28,744 nt of DNA, taken from positions 1 through 28,744 of IMG/VR virus record IMGVR_UViG_3300020594_000249. One strand, written 5' to 3'. The notes below the pieces were generated by a model. The model ran no database searches. It saw nothing but the letters and a program-made list of their open reading frames with translations, and was not told the origin of the DNA. Every line of letters begins with the position of its first letter. Position 1 is the stretch's first letter. The stretch comes from a virus (taxonomy: Duplodnaviria > Caudoviricetes). A program made the position numbers and the translations under genes. Of the stretch, positions 7,684-16,842 are shown piece after piece.

Positions 7684-7751
7684 TTGGATATCCGGGTCTT
7701 GCGACTCATGCAGCCTTCGTGCTGAAAAGGCGCGGGAGGGAAGGGTGAAGA

Positions 7752-8564
7752 ATGGCTACCGTCACCGACATTCAAGATTACGCTGACGCGAGCGGCAATG
7801 TGATCGTGGGAAAACCGCGCGCCTGCGTGAGCTCGTTTATCGAGTTCGCCGCGAGTAACTGCCGTGTCGAGATTTCCGATGGCGTCTCTTTTCGCAACGC
7901 GAAGATCAAGATGACGGCCGATAATGGACTTCTGCGCATAGGATCGCGATCTACTATCAAGAATACGATACGCGTGGGCCTGGATAGCTCCGTCATCATT
8001 GGTAAGCGGCTGTCCTGCACGGGTAGCGGAATCCTGTCCGCCGCCGAGGGAACATCCGTCACCATCGGTGATGACTGCATGTTCTCTGTGTCGTTCGACA
8101 TTCGATCCGACCATGCCCACCCGATTTTTGACCGGAGCACGGGTAAGAGGGTCAACAAAAGCAAGTCGCTTGTGGTCGGAAATCATGTGTGGCTCGGGCC
8201 GCAGGCGCTCATCTATCCCGGTGCGCATGTCGGCGACGGCAGCGTGATTGGGGCGCGGTCGCTGGTGAGCGGGATCGTCCCGCCACATTGCATCGCTGTG
8301 GGCGTTCCCGCCCGAGTGACGCGCCGAAATATTGTTTGGGACAAGACCCACGTATGCAGCAAAGCGCCATGGCGGTTTAACGACTTGGACGACCTTGGTC
8401 ACATTCCGTGGCAATCTGCCGTTGCCGATATTGAACCGCTTCCGGCCATCGAAAGACGACGCACTCTGCGAGACTGGTTTAACGGCATTTTCGCCGCCGC
8501 CGGGTGCGCGCTGATCCAGATTGCGCCGATTCCGGACATCGCGGACCGTTTCGCATCCCTCTGA
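7752..8564 (+). CDS. hexapeptide-repeat (left-handed beta-helix) O-acetyltransferase, antisense moron
   Basis: VTIGDDCMFS, SDHAHPI, VVGNHVWLG, VGDGSVIGARSLV, AVGVPARV motifs of the maltose/galactoside/polysaccharide acetyltransferase family. Confidence 0.88.
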   Translation: MATVTDIQDYADASGNVIVGKPRACVSSFIEFAASNCRVEISDGVSFRNAKIKMTADNGLLRIGSRSTIKNTIRVGLDSSVIIGKRLSCTGSGILSAAEGTSVTIGDDCMFSVSFDIRSDHAHPIFDRSTGKRVNKSKSLVVGNHVWLGPQALIYPGAHVGDGSVIGARSLVSGIVPPHCIAVGVPARVTRRNIVWDKTHVCSKAPWRFNDLDDLGHIPWQSAVADIEPLPAIERRRTLRDWFNGIFAAAGCALIQIAPIPDIADRFASL

Positions 8565-8596
8565 TAGAGGACCGTGCTTATGCACGTGCGCGGCGC

Positions 8597-10546
8597 TCAT
8601 GTGTCCGCCACGATCGTCTTGACGGTGCCATCGCCGAACTTCACCTTCAGGTCGCCATCGGCGGTATCGATATAGATGGAGGCCTGACCGGCGCGGGTCG
8701 CAGGCGCGCCGACCCCGTCCGTGATGAACAGCACATCCGTTGCCATCGACATGCCGGCCGCTTCCCATGAAGGCCCGCCGGACAGGCGAAACCACTCTTG
8801 AATGCGCGGAGACGCCGTCCGGGTCGTGCGAGCGTGAAAGGTCGAATTGTTCAGGTTGAAAAGGTCAATGCGCCGTGCGTCGCTTGCATCAGGAAAGCCC
8901 GTCACCGTCGTAAGCGCATGAACCGCCGTGTAATAGGACACCTGCTGCAATTGCAGTTCGACCATCAGGTCCAGCAGCCCGGACAGCGTCGTGATCTCGT
9001 CGCCGGAAACGGGGCTGCGCATTTTCCCATCCGCCGCGCGCGGCCAGACGCGCCCTTCGTATCGGGACAGGTCCGCTGGAGCGTAGGGCGTGGCGATGTC
9101 GTCCCACAGATCCCCGAGCATATCCATTTCGCGGATGAGGAGGATGCCGTGGCTATCAGCGTCGCTGTCGCTGGGACGCCGCGTTATCATTAGGCTGTAA
9201 ATCTGGCCGTCCGGCCCGACCGCAACGCCTTCGCTTTCCGTGCGCGTGATCGAATATCCAAGGCTGTCGATGCGCGCCATCACAAGGTCAGCGCGCGCCA
9301 CCGCATATTGCAGGATGCTCCCGTCGCTGCTGCATTCGATGATCCCGGTATCGGCGGCGCGGAGGGGGCCGTCCGGCGCGGTTTCGGGGATGTAGCTTCC
9401 GCCGACGCCGATATAGACTTTGCCCCCCTTGTGCGTAATGCCCTGCATTTTGGGGACATAGGGATAGCTGGCGTCGGATGAGGTCTGCCAGCCCACTGCG
9501 TTCTTGGCGACGTAGAACCGGCCGATTTCGTTAAAGTCAGTGTCGTAGTAGGTGAAGGCCGTGCGTGACCCGCTGATCCCGAGGTCGGGAGACACTTGCT
9601 GGATCAGCCATTTTCCTTCGTTGAACGAGAAAATTGAGCCGCATCCGCCGGTGATCCTGGTCGTGCCTGCCGCGAGCGTGGCTTCACTCGCTGGCCATGT
9701 GCCGGGTGCATATTCGATGAAGTTGCTCGATACGGCAAAGAAGAGCTTCAGGTCTCCCCCGGCACTGCTTCCGGTTACCCCAATGCTTTCGCTGCCAACG
9801 CTCGGCCGATAGAAGTATCGCAGGAAGTTGAAGTCAGGATCATAGACGGCAACAACGCTTTTTGTCGCAGAACCCGTGTCGTTGCTGGCGATGTTCAGGT
9901 AAACATTGCCGTCCTCATCAAAATCGAAGCCTTGCGGGTAGAGGTAGGTGCCCCCAATCTCAGCCAGCGCATCGGCATAGCCGGGGAACTTCAGCGCTGC
10001 GACCGCAGATGGCGTCTTCCTCCATGCGGTCGGTTCGATATTATCAACAGCGCCCTGCACAGTGCCGCCGTCGACAGTTCCTACGAGGCTGGCGCCTTTG
10101 TCGGGGGCCGTGGAGGCGAGGTCATCAAGCTGGCCGCCGATCTCCTCAATGTTCTGCTTGGCCGTCTGCCCGTCAGTAATGCTGTCAGCCGCATAGGCGC
10201 CCATGTTGGCCGCAGACGCAGAGACTCCGATCGCAACAGCATTGGCCTTTGTCGTGACCTCTGTGGCGGCCGAGCCGTCCAGCGCGATCTTGGTCAGCGT
10301 CCTGACAAGCGTATCACCTAAGTAGAATCGGATGTCATAGACGCCGTCAGCGACCCAGAAGTCATAAAGGCCGTCGTCGTCGGTGACAGCCGTGTCCGCG
10401 ATACCAGAGACGGTCTCGATCGGCGTCCCACCCTCATCGACATAGAGCGACTGGATCACGCCGCTATTGTCGTAGATTTGCACCCTGACGCCGGGGATCG
10501 CCTTGCTCGTGGTCGCGTTGAAGACGGTGTCAACCTGGTGGAACAT
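8597..10546 (-). CDS. tail fibre/tailspike protein (649 aa)
   Basis: Start MFHQVDT at 10546 (TGATG overlap); N-terminal TDDDGLYDFWVADGVYDIR anchor domain, GASLVG linker, beta-propeller-like middle. Confidence 0.75.
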   Translation of the reverse strand: MFHQVDTVFNATTSKAIPGVRVQIYDNSGVIQSLYVDEGGTPIETVSGIADTAVTDDDGLYDFWVADGVYDIRFYLGDTLVRTLTKIALDGSAATEVTTKANAVAIGVSASAANMGAYAADSITDGQTAKQNIEEIGGQLDDLASTAPDKGASLVGTVDGGTVQGAVDNIEPTAWRKTPSAVAALKFPGYADALAEIGGTYLYPQGFDFDEDGNVYLNIASNDTGSATKSVVAVYDPDFNFLRYFYRPSVGSESIGVTGSSAGGDLKLFFAVSSNFIEYAPGTWPASEATLAAGTTRITGGCGSIFSFNEGKWLIQQVSPDLGISGSRTAFTYYDTDFNEIGRFYVAKNAVGWQTSSDASYPYVPKMQGITHKGGKVYIGVGGSYIPETAPDGPLRAADTGIIECSSDGSILQYAVARADLVMARIDSLGYSITRTESEGVAVGPDGQIYSLMITRRPSDSDADSHGILLIREMDMLGDLWDDIATPYAPADLSRYEGRVWPRAADGKMRSPVSGDEITTLSGLLDLMVELQLQQVSYYTAVHALTTVTGFPDASDARRIDLFNLNNSTFHARTTRTASPRIQEWFRLSGGPSWEAAGMSMATDVLFITDGVGAPATRAGQASIYIDTADGDLKVKFGDGTVKTIVADT

Positions 10547-11007
10547 CAGGGGTTCTCCCCGTGGTTCGTGGCGATCAGGTTGACGTTCCCCTGCGCCGTC
10601 TGGCCGAGAGCATCGGTCACGGTGCAGCGGTAAATCGCCTGCGCCGTCTGGCCGGGGCCAAGCGGCGGGGAGTTGAAATAGGTGCTGGCGGAACTCGGTG
10701 ATGTCACCACGAACGTGGCGCCTGACACCTTGGCCCAACTATATGCGAATGGCGCCTGACCTCCGACAACGGAGCAGGCAGCGGTGGTCAGAACCGATAC
10801 CGGAAAGTTCGAATACGACCGACCTGTTGCAGTTGACGGCGAGACAGACGCTGTTAGCGGGGGTGCAAAGGTCGCCACAGTGCGCAGCGCGCCGCCATGA
10901 CGGACCTTGACCGTGCGAAAGCGCCGGACAACCCCAAGATGCTTGCCTCGCAACGCCTTGAGAGGCCGCAGCGCGCCGGCCCTGTGAACCGAGATCGTCA
11001 CGGTCAA
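10546..11007 (-). CDS. virion/tail protein with Ig-like domain
   Basis: GGQAPFAYSW...YRCTVTDALGQTA Ig-like pattern; TTGA coupled start. Confidence 0.65.
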   Translation of the reverse strand: MTVTISVHRAGALRPLKALRGKHLGVVRRFRTVKVRHGGALRTVATFAPPLTASVSPSTATGRSYSNFPVSVLTTAACSVVGGQAPFAYSWAKVSGATFVVTSPSSASTYFNSPPLGPGQTAQAIYRCTVTDALGQTAQGNVNLIATNHGENP

Positions 11008-11333
11008 TATTCCAGCAGGAGATCGCCGTCCGCCATTCCTGACGGGGCCGAGCCTCCTGCTGCCTGGATGAAGATGCGCCCCGAAAGGTTCGCGCTGCTG
11101 TCGTGATAGAGGTAGCCGCCGCGTGTGTCGAAGCGAGGATTCCCGGTGAAGACGCCACCGGTCTTCGCGACGAAGTTCGAGGCCACCGGAGCGCCGTCGT
11201 AAAATACGCGAATATCCGCCATCATCGTGCGGATCGCGTTGTTCACGTTAGCGGCGGGACAATCCTCGGCAATATTGATGCCGGAGATCGACGTATTCGC
11301 GCTGGGTGTGGTGCTGTAGTCGGTGACCGCCAA
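11004..11333 (-). CDS. tail fibre N-terminal/adaptor-like protein
   Basis: YSTTPSANTSISGINIAEDCPAANVNNAIRTMMA resembles podovirus fibre N-termini; TTG start preceded by GGAGG. Confidence 0.7.
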   Translation of the reverse strand: MAVTDYSTTPSANTSISGINIAEDCPAANVNNAIRTMMADIRVFYDGAPVASNFVAKTGGVFTGNPRFDTRGGYLYHDSSANLSGRIFIQAAGGSAPSGMADGDLLLEY

Positions 11334-11499
11334 CTCTCATTCCTCCGCGCCGAAGCGCTCCAAGCTGTTGCTGTGGATTGAGGAATGAGGGCCTGAGGTT
11401 CAGGCGCTTTCCTTGCCGCGCACGAAGGGCGGCGAATGCTGTTACATTAGCAGAATCCCGCTCTATGAAAAGGGGAAAGCGCGAGTCGGGGGCAGGGAC

Positions 11500-11979
11500 C
11501 TAAAACTTGGCCGTAGCCGTCTCGGGGTTATATGGTTGGCAAACGCCGCTATAATCTCCAGCCTTGCCATTGATCGCAATCGCACCTGTCAGCCGGTCTA
11601 TTCGAACATTCGGCGAATTGACGAAATTGACCTGCGCCTTGGCCGTGATTTCCTTGTCCGAGCGCTCTAGCTTTCCAAGCTCGAACCAACCGTCTTTGCC
11701 GCCCCGCAACGCAGGCAACATCTTCCTTGGGAGCCTGATGCGGCTTTCACTCGGGCGATCCCAATAGAGATCGACATTCACCTGATCGTCAAATCCGCTC
11801 TCTCGACTAACTAGAACATTGGCCCATCCAGCAGATCCATAAACCGAAGCGCTCGCCAACTTATTGGCGGTGCCGGCACCCACACAGATCAGATGCGTGC
11901 TGGTTGGCGGAGAGGCATCCTGCGCGAGAGCTGGCGTCAACATTCCTGCGGCTAGGAACATAGTCATCAATCGTCGCAT
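11500..11979 (-). CDS. exported hypothetical protein (moron)
   Basis: Signal peptide MRRLMTMFLAAGMLTPALA; two Cys; flanked by non-coding gaps, unlike the coupled structural genes. Confidence 0.75.
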   Translation of the reverse strand: MRRLMTMFLAAGMLTPALAQDASPPTSTHLICVGAGTANKLASASVYGSAGWANVLVSRESGFDDQVNVDLYWDRPSESRIRLPRKMLPALRGGKDGWFELGKLERSDKEITAKAQVNFVNSPNVRIDRLTGAIAINGKAGDYSGVCQPYNPETATAKF

Positions 11980-12009
11980 CAACGCCCCCTTGCTCCCGAT
12001 CAGCGTGGC

Positions 12010-12037
12010 TTTACGATCTAGCATATTCGCGTATAGT
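12010..12037 (+). promoter_or_regulatory. sigma70-like promoter in an AT-rich divergent intergenic region
   Basis: TTTACG (12010-12015), 16 nt, TATAGT (12032-12037), then 6 nt to ATG 12044. Confidence 0.5.
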
Positions 12038-12043
12038 TAAAGA

Positions 12044-12133
12044 ATGAGCTACACCGCCCTTGTGACTTTTCTCGTCTCGCTCGGCAGCGCGATCCTCGTC
12101 CCCATCCTCTTCAAGGATCGAGCCAAGCACTAA
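12044..12133 (+). CDS. 29-aa hydrophobic peptide, possibly leaderless
   Basis: MSYTALVTFLVSLGSAILVPILFKDRAKH; single TM plus charged tail; stop overlaps the stop of the convergent gene. Confidence 0.5.
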   Translation: MSYTALVTFLVSLGSAILVPILFKDRAKH

Positions 12134-14862
12134 TACGCAAGCAGGCTACCTGCGCCGCCGCCGATGGCTACTTGTGCGCTCGCGCGAATGCGGTCTTCAA
12201 ACGCTTTCCTCGCTGCCGCATCATCGATAAGCTGACGAAGAACGGAGCCGGATTCCACCGGATCAGGGTTGAACAGGAATGGTGCCGCCGACTTGGCACG
12301 TTCGGCCGCTTTGTTCTGCGCCCGATTAGCGAACATGCCGCCCATGCGACGTGCCGCGAATCCGGTCGGCGGATTGCCCGTAACGGCGCTCATGCCGAGA
12401 TCAACCACATCGTCCATGCCGGGGCCGACGAAGCGCTCATCCGCTACGGCACGGCCCTGTGTGGGGGATCCGCCGGTCACTTCGCGGGTCGTCAATGCCA
12501 TGTCGCCCTCAAGTGTCCGCCTACGCAGGAAATCGTCTGCATTCGGAAACAGCGAGGTTAGCTTGGCCTGCTGGTCCGGTGTCCCGGCAACAAGATCATA
12601 AGGATTGGCCGAAAGCCTCGCCTTGTTGATGCGATCCGCCATGGACGTGGCATAGCCGCGTCGGAACGCATCCATGGACGGCTCATCCAGGCCATTTGTC
12701 ATCTGCCGGAAGGTGTCCTGCGTAATGCCGGGTTTGGCGGCCTCATAGCCACGATCCAGCATCTCGCGAGGGCGGATGGCACTGGCGTAAGTCTCGCGTG
12801 CAGCCTTATAGGTCGGATTGCCCGCATCCAGCTCGGACACGAGCCGCTGGCGCATGTCATTGACGCTTTGGGCGAGCGGATTGCCTTCAAGGTCAACTCT
12901 GCCTGTGAGAGGACTGCGGAAGTCGTTCAGAGACTGATCGAAACCGCGCTTGACCAGATCGAGCGTCCGATAGGTTGGATTGGCGTCGAGCCGCGCCGTG
13001 CCGTCCGGATTGAGTCCAAGCGCCAGATCGGCCGGAGAGCGTCCGCCATTCACACCGATGTCATAGGCGTTGCGGGCCGCTTTCTGCCCTGATGGCGTGT
13101 TCAGTATCTCGTCGATCGTCGCATTGACCGGGGCGGGGGCATCGAACGCCTGTTCATATAGGGGGGCGGCTTTGGTCCAGGCTGCGGTCCTGATCGCATT
13201 GCGCGTATCAGACATGCTCACGGGCGGCGTCAGGCTGCTCACACCCTCCAGCGCTCGATCTGCCTGCGCGATTGAGCGATCTGTCAGTTGTCGTCCGATG
13301 TCCGAATGGACCTCTGGATTGAGGCGGGACGCGCTGCCGAGCTGCTGACGCATGGCAGGATCAGCGTCCGCGATGGAGAAGGGCAGATTGAGCCGCGCCG
13401 CCTCGTCGAGCCGGGACGTGATGTCATCGACGCGCGGGGAGAGTTCCGAGGCGATAAGACGCTCTGCCCTGTCAATCCTGCGGGGGGGCTGAGTAGGGCC
13501 GCGCCCGAACATGCCGCGCACGCTATTCGCCGCTGCCTGCACAGGCCTGCTCTCGATCGCACGGGTGGCCAGCGGGGCCGCGATAAACCGGCCGGCGAGG
13601 TCGCCAGCAAGCGAACTGCCCGCACCGATGCCAGCGCCAAGAAGGCGGTTATCCTCGTTGGTGTTGGCCCCGAAAAGCGTGCCGTAACCAAGATTCGCAG
13701 CGGTGGCCGCGCGTGGGAGGGACATGCCAGCTTTCGCGAGCGCGCCCGATCCACCTACTACAGTCGTCAACCCTCCAGCCACGTCGCCGACCAATGCCGA
13801 CGCCGGATTCCTGTCGCGCATCGCTTCAAACGGCGCATCGCCAGTCGCAAGCTGAGGGAGGCCAGCGAGCGCGGCATTGGCATATGATCCTACAGCCGTT
13901 CCGACAGGCGTTTGCGCGAAATCGCCCATCGCGGCCATGAAGTCATCGACTACACCGCTCTGAGCAGGAACGAACTCGTTTACAGGCTGGCCGGCGTCGC
14001 GTCGCTCGACATTGGCGCGTTGCTCGTCGCCCAGACCAACGCCTTGCGGGTTTTGCTCCGATCGCGTCATCGCGCGGTGCATCGCGTCGAGGTCTTCAAA
14101 CGTCGCGCCGCCCTTGAACGCCGCATTGATGGCGCCGGCTACTCGGCGATCATCCGAGGTCGCAAAAGTATCGCCCTTCCCGGCAATCTTGCCCGCGTTT
14201 TTGCCACGCAGCTCTCCAATAGCCTTCTGATAGCGCTGATAGTAGGGCTGCGCTTCCATCGGCCCGACCACCTGCTCGGGATCATAGCCGTTCTGCTTGG
14301 CAAGTTCCTGAAACCGCGCGCGCTGGACGCCGTAAGCCTTGGCCATCTCCGCGACCTTGCGATTCATCTCAAGGCGCATGCCACGCGCGGCGCTCTCGGG
14401 CAGCCCTCGGGCGTCAGAGAGGCCCAAATCCTTCTTGATCTGCTCGGCCTTCGCGTCCCAATAACTTGCAGTGTTAGCCGCAGCCGCACCCTCTTGTTCG
14501 CGAACAACCGAGCCGGGGTCCATCGTCTTTGCGAACGCATAGATCAGGGCAAGGTCGCCTTGTGGGGTTTTCGCGCTGGTGAGGCCGGCCATCAACTGTG
14601 GCAGGATCGCGCGGTATTCCTTCACCACCTGCTGCGCGTCATACTCTTTGCGGAGCGTGGTTACGTTGTCGAAGTCACGGTTGCGTAGGGTACTGGCGTC
14701 GAGTGTCGCATCTCGGCTGGCGGATGCCTCCTGTCGGCTGTTGGACGCATCCGCTCGGGCCTGCTCGCGCTCGGCGTAGGGGTTGGTCGGGCGCCGAATG
14801 AGTCCGCCCGCTGATCGCCCGTTTAACTCCCCCAAGAGCGCGGGATCGGAGACCTCAGGCAT
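12130..14862 (-). CDS. large internal virion / DNA ejection protein (910 aa)
   Basis: Ala/Gly-rich helical protein with DPGSVVRE motif; third of three ejection-like genes, P22 gp16-like position. Confidence 0.75.
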   Translation of the reverse strand: MPEVSDPALLGELNGRSAGGLIRRPTNPYAEREQARADASNSRQEASASRDATLDASTLRNRDFDNVTTLRKEYDAQQVVKEYRAILPQLMAGLTSAKTPQGDLALIYAFAKTMDPGSVVREQEGAAAANTASYWDAKAEQIKKDLGLSDARGLPESAARGMRLEMNRKVAEMAKAYGVQRARFQELAKQNGYDPEQVVGPMEAQPYYQRYQKAIGELRGKNAGKIAGKGDTFATSDDRRVAGAINAAFKGGATFEDLDAMHRAMTRSEQNPQGVGLGDEQRANVERRDAGQPVNEFVPAQSGVVDDFMAAMGDFAQTPVGTAVGSYANAALAGLPQLATGDAPFEAMRDRNPASALVGDVAGGLTTVVGGSGALAKAGMSLPRAATAANLGYGTLFGANTNEDNRLLGAGIGAGSSLAGDLAGRFIAAPLATRAIESRPVQAAANSVRGMFGRGPTQPPRRIDRAERLIASELSPRVDDITSRLDEAARLNLPFSIADADPAMRQQLGSASRLNPEVHSDIGRQLTDRSIAQADRALEGVSSLTPPVSMSDTRNAIRTAAWTKAAPLYEQAFDAPAPVNATIDEILNTPSGQKAARNAYDIGVNGGRSPADLALGLNPDGTARLDANPTYRTLDLVKRGFDQSLNDFRSPLTGRVDLEGNPLAQSVNDMRQRLVSELDAGNPTYKAARETYASAIRPREMLDRGYEAAKPGITQDTFRQMTNGLDEPSMDAFRRGYATSMADRINKARLSANPYDLVAGTPDQQAKLTSLFPNADDFLRRRTLEGDMALTTREVTGGSPTQGRAVADERFVGPGMDDVVDLGMSAVTGNPPTGFAARRMGGMFANRAQNKAAERAKSAAPFLFNPDPVESGSVLRQLIDDAAARKAFEDRIRASAQVAIGGGAGSLLAY

Positions 14863-15584
14863 CAGCGGCCCTCCGGATTGTCATACCATTTGCCGTTGAT
14901 CTGCCAGTATTGCTTGCCGCCAACGGTCTTGCTGTTGGCCGCTCCCGACAACGGTGAGCCGGACGGGCGGTTCATTCTTCCTTGGCCTTGGCGCATGATG
15001 ACCGCTTGTTCCTCAGGGGTGAATGTGCTCCACCAGTCCGGCATTCCACCGCTAGATGCTGGATCACCTCCTCCCGTTAAAGCCCTCTCCACCACGGATT
15101 GCCGTCCCGAGAGGCTTTCGCCGCCGCTGACGATATTCGTCCACGGATCGAGCGTGTTTTGAACCTTGGTCTTGTATGCGTCTGTCCACTGGGGCGTGCC
15201 AGGCTGGATTCCTGATGCCATCAGCGCCCGGTCAAACTCGGTCGGTGCCAGTGGAGCCGGATTTGCCGCCTTGTACTGCTGCTGGGCCACCCAATCCTGA
15301 TAGTCGGCCATGCGCTTCTGCTGGGCCTGCTGGGCCATGAACTGCTGCTGGCGCTGCTGGGCAACGGCAGGGGCGAAGTTGCCGCGCACACCCCCCAACT
15401 GCGCAAGTGCGTCACCTAGATAGCCCAGCAGGTTGCGGCCAGTCGAACCGGCAGCGAACATGCCCGCGCGCACCTTGGGCACGCCGGGGAAGTCGCCCAT
15501 ATTCAACGGGGGGCGATCTCCAGCCACAATGGAATTGCCAGCATCAGACACGCCGAAAGGATTGGGTTTATCGAACAACGCCAT
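14862..15584 (-). CDS. internal virion / ejection protein
   Basis: Gln-rich helical protein; coupled on both sides; P22 gp20-like position. Confidence 0.7.
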   Translation of the reverse strand: MALFDKPNPFGVSDAGNSIVAGDRPPLNMGDFPGVPKVRAGMFAAGSTGRNLLGYLGDALAQLGGVRGNFAPAVAQQRQQQFMAQQAQQKRMADYQDWVAQQQYKAANPAPLAPTEFDRALMASGIQPGTPQWTDAYKTKVQNTLDPWTNIVSGGESLSGRQSVVERALTGGGDPASSGGMPDWWSTFTPEEQAVIMRQGQGRMNRPSGSPLSGAANSKTVGGKQYWQINGKWYDNPEGR

Positions 15585-16261
15585 TATTTGAAGCCCCCAG
15601 ATGCCCAACCACCAAGGACGCTGCCGCCGAGGCCGAGCAGGCTTCCCAGCACATTCCCGCTCTGCTTCTGCGTCGTCGTCTGGCTATTGCCCCAGAGGCC
15701 CCCGAGACCCGCCGCAAGGTTGTTCGCGCCGAGCCAAGGAATTTGCGCAGCCGACGAGCCAAGGCCGGTCAGGATCTGCAAGTCCGTCGCATCCGCGTTG
15801 CGCATCGCGAGCGCCTGTGCAATGGCGGCACCGATGCGGTCCTGCTCGTCGTTGTAGGACTGATAGCGCAGGCCGCTTTCATTGGCTGAAAGCTGCTTGC
15901 CCAGTTCTCCGATCTGGCGGGATGATCCGGTCTGTCCGGCTTTCGAGAACAGCGCATTGACGCGGTCGGCAACACTCTCGTTCGTCGTGTCGATGACGTT
16001 CTGAAGCTGGGGATTGCCGTTCAGGAATTCGCCACCTAGCACACGACCGATATAGTCGTTCGCCGCATCGGTGTTCGGGTTGTTCTGCCGACTTTGATTG
16101 AACTGGCGGAAGGCATCGGCGAGGCTGGAGCCGATCTGCGCGTTCGTTCCGGCTGTGCTGTTATAGGTGTTCTGCAACGCAGACGACGCGGTGTTGAGAT
16201 ACGGCAACGCCTGTGCAGACGGCCCGCTCGTCGTAGTGGTGCGGGAGCCTGACAATCCCAT
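15584..16261 (-). CDS. DNA transfer/ejection protein (P22 gp7-like position)
   Basis: MGLSGSRTTTTS N-terminus, Gly/Leu-rich hydrophobic C-terminus. Confidence 0.7.
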   Translation of the reverse strand: MGLSGSRTTTTSGPSAQALPYLNTASSALQNTYNSTAGTNAQIGSSLADAFRQFNQSRQNNPNTDAANDYIGRVLGGEFLNGNPQLQNVIDTTNESVADRVNALFSKAGQTGSSRQIGELGKQLSANESGLRYQSYNDEQDRIGAAIAQALAMRNADATDLQILTGLGSSAAQIPWLGANNLAAGLGGLWGNSQTTTQKQSGNVLGSLLGLGGSVLGGWASGGFK

Positions 16262-16842
16262 TAGGCTGCCCTTCCATGGTTGGGGTGGTAGCCATGCGCG
16301 CGCTCAGCCGCCTTTCGCGCCGAAATAGCATCGGCTTTAAGCTTGAAACGGCCAATCCTACGTTGCTTCCCGGCGATATTGATCTTCACCGCCCATGCTT
16401 TGTGAGAGTCTTCCCACATCACACCAGGCGTTCCGCTCTTATTGGAAGAATAGAGCTTTGCATTTCTCGCATTGTCCTGGCATGTCGCGGCCCGTAGATT
16501 TTCGATGCGATTGTCGCTCGCATTTCCGTTGATGTGGTCAATGAACTCCGGGGCATCTTCACCGTGGAAGATGGACCATGCTATGCGATGTGCACAGCAG
16601 TTGACGGAAAGGACCGCACCCTTCCGATAACCCTTGCGGTCAATATGCGTGAACGCTTCCTTGTCAGCGAATTTAGTGTTCCAATTGCGCTTTGCCCAGC
16701 CAGCAGAGCGTGTCCCGTCCATATAGGGCGTCGGTTTGAACCACTTCTCGTTCCGCTGACGCCAGAATAGCTTGCCTGTCTCCGGCTCATAGCGCAGCAA
16801 CTCACGAAGTATCTCCGGAGACGGAAGTGCCCGACGTCCCAT
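16261..16842 (-). CDS. HNH homing endonuclease with AP2-like C-terminal domain
   Basis: LLRYEPETGKLFW, AHRIAW, IDHINGNASDNRIENLR, NKSGTPGVMW, AISARKAAE. Confidence 0.92.
   Translation of the reverse strand: MGRRALPSPEILRELLRYEPETGKLFWRQRNEKWFKPTPYMDGTRSAGWAKRNWNTKFADKEAFTHIDRKGYRKGAVLSVNCCAHRIAWSIFHGEDAPEFIDHINGNASDNRIENLRAATCQDNARNAKLYSSNKSGTPGVMWEDSHKAWAVKINIAGKQRRIGRFKLKADAISARKAAERAHGYHPNHGRAA

Noticed and set aside
7680-8795. 371-aa minus-strand ORF that would keep the late operon continuous
   Set aside because: Arg/His-rich shadow of the acetyltransferase with no recognisable motif; the plus-strand gene has clear family motifs
4360-10546. Diversity-generating retroelement, suggested by the BPP-1-like capsid
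   Set aside because: No reverse transcriptase and no TR/VR repeat pair seen near the fibre genes
11404-11482. tRNA gene, suggested by a 79-nt multi-hairpin structure
   Set aside because: No TTCRA T-loop, D-loop or anticodon arm geometry on either strand
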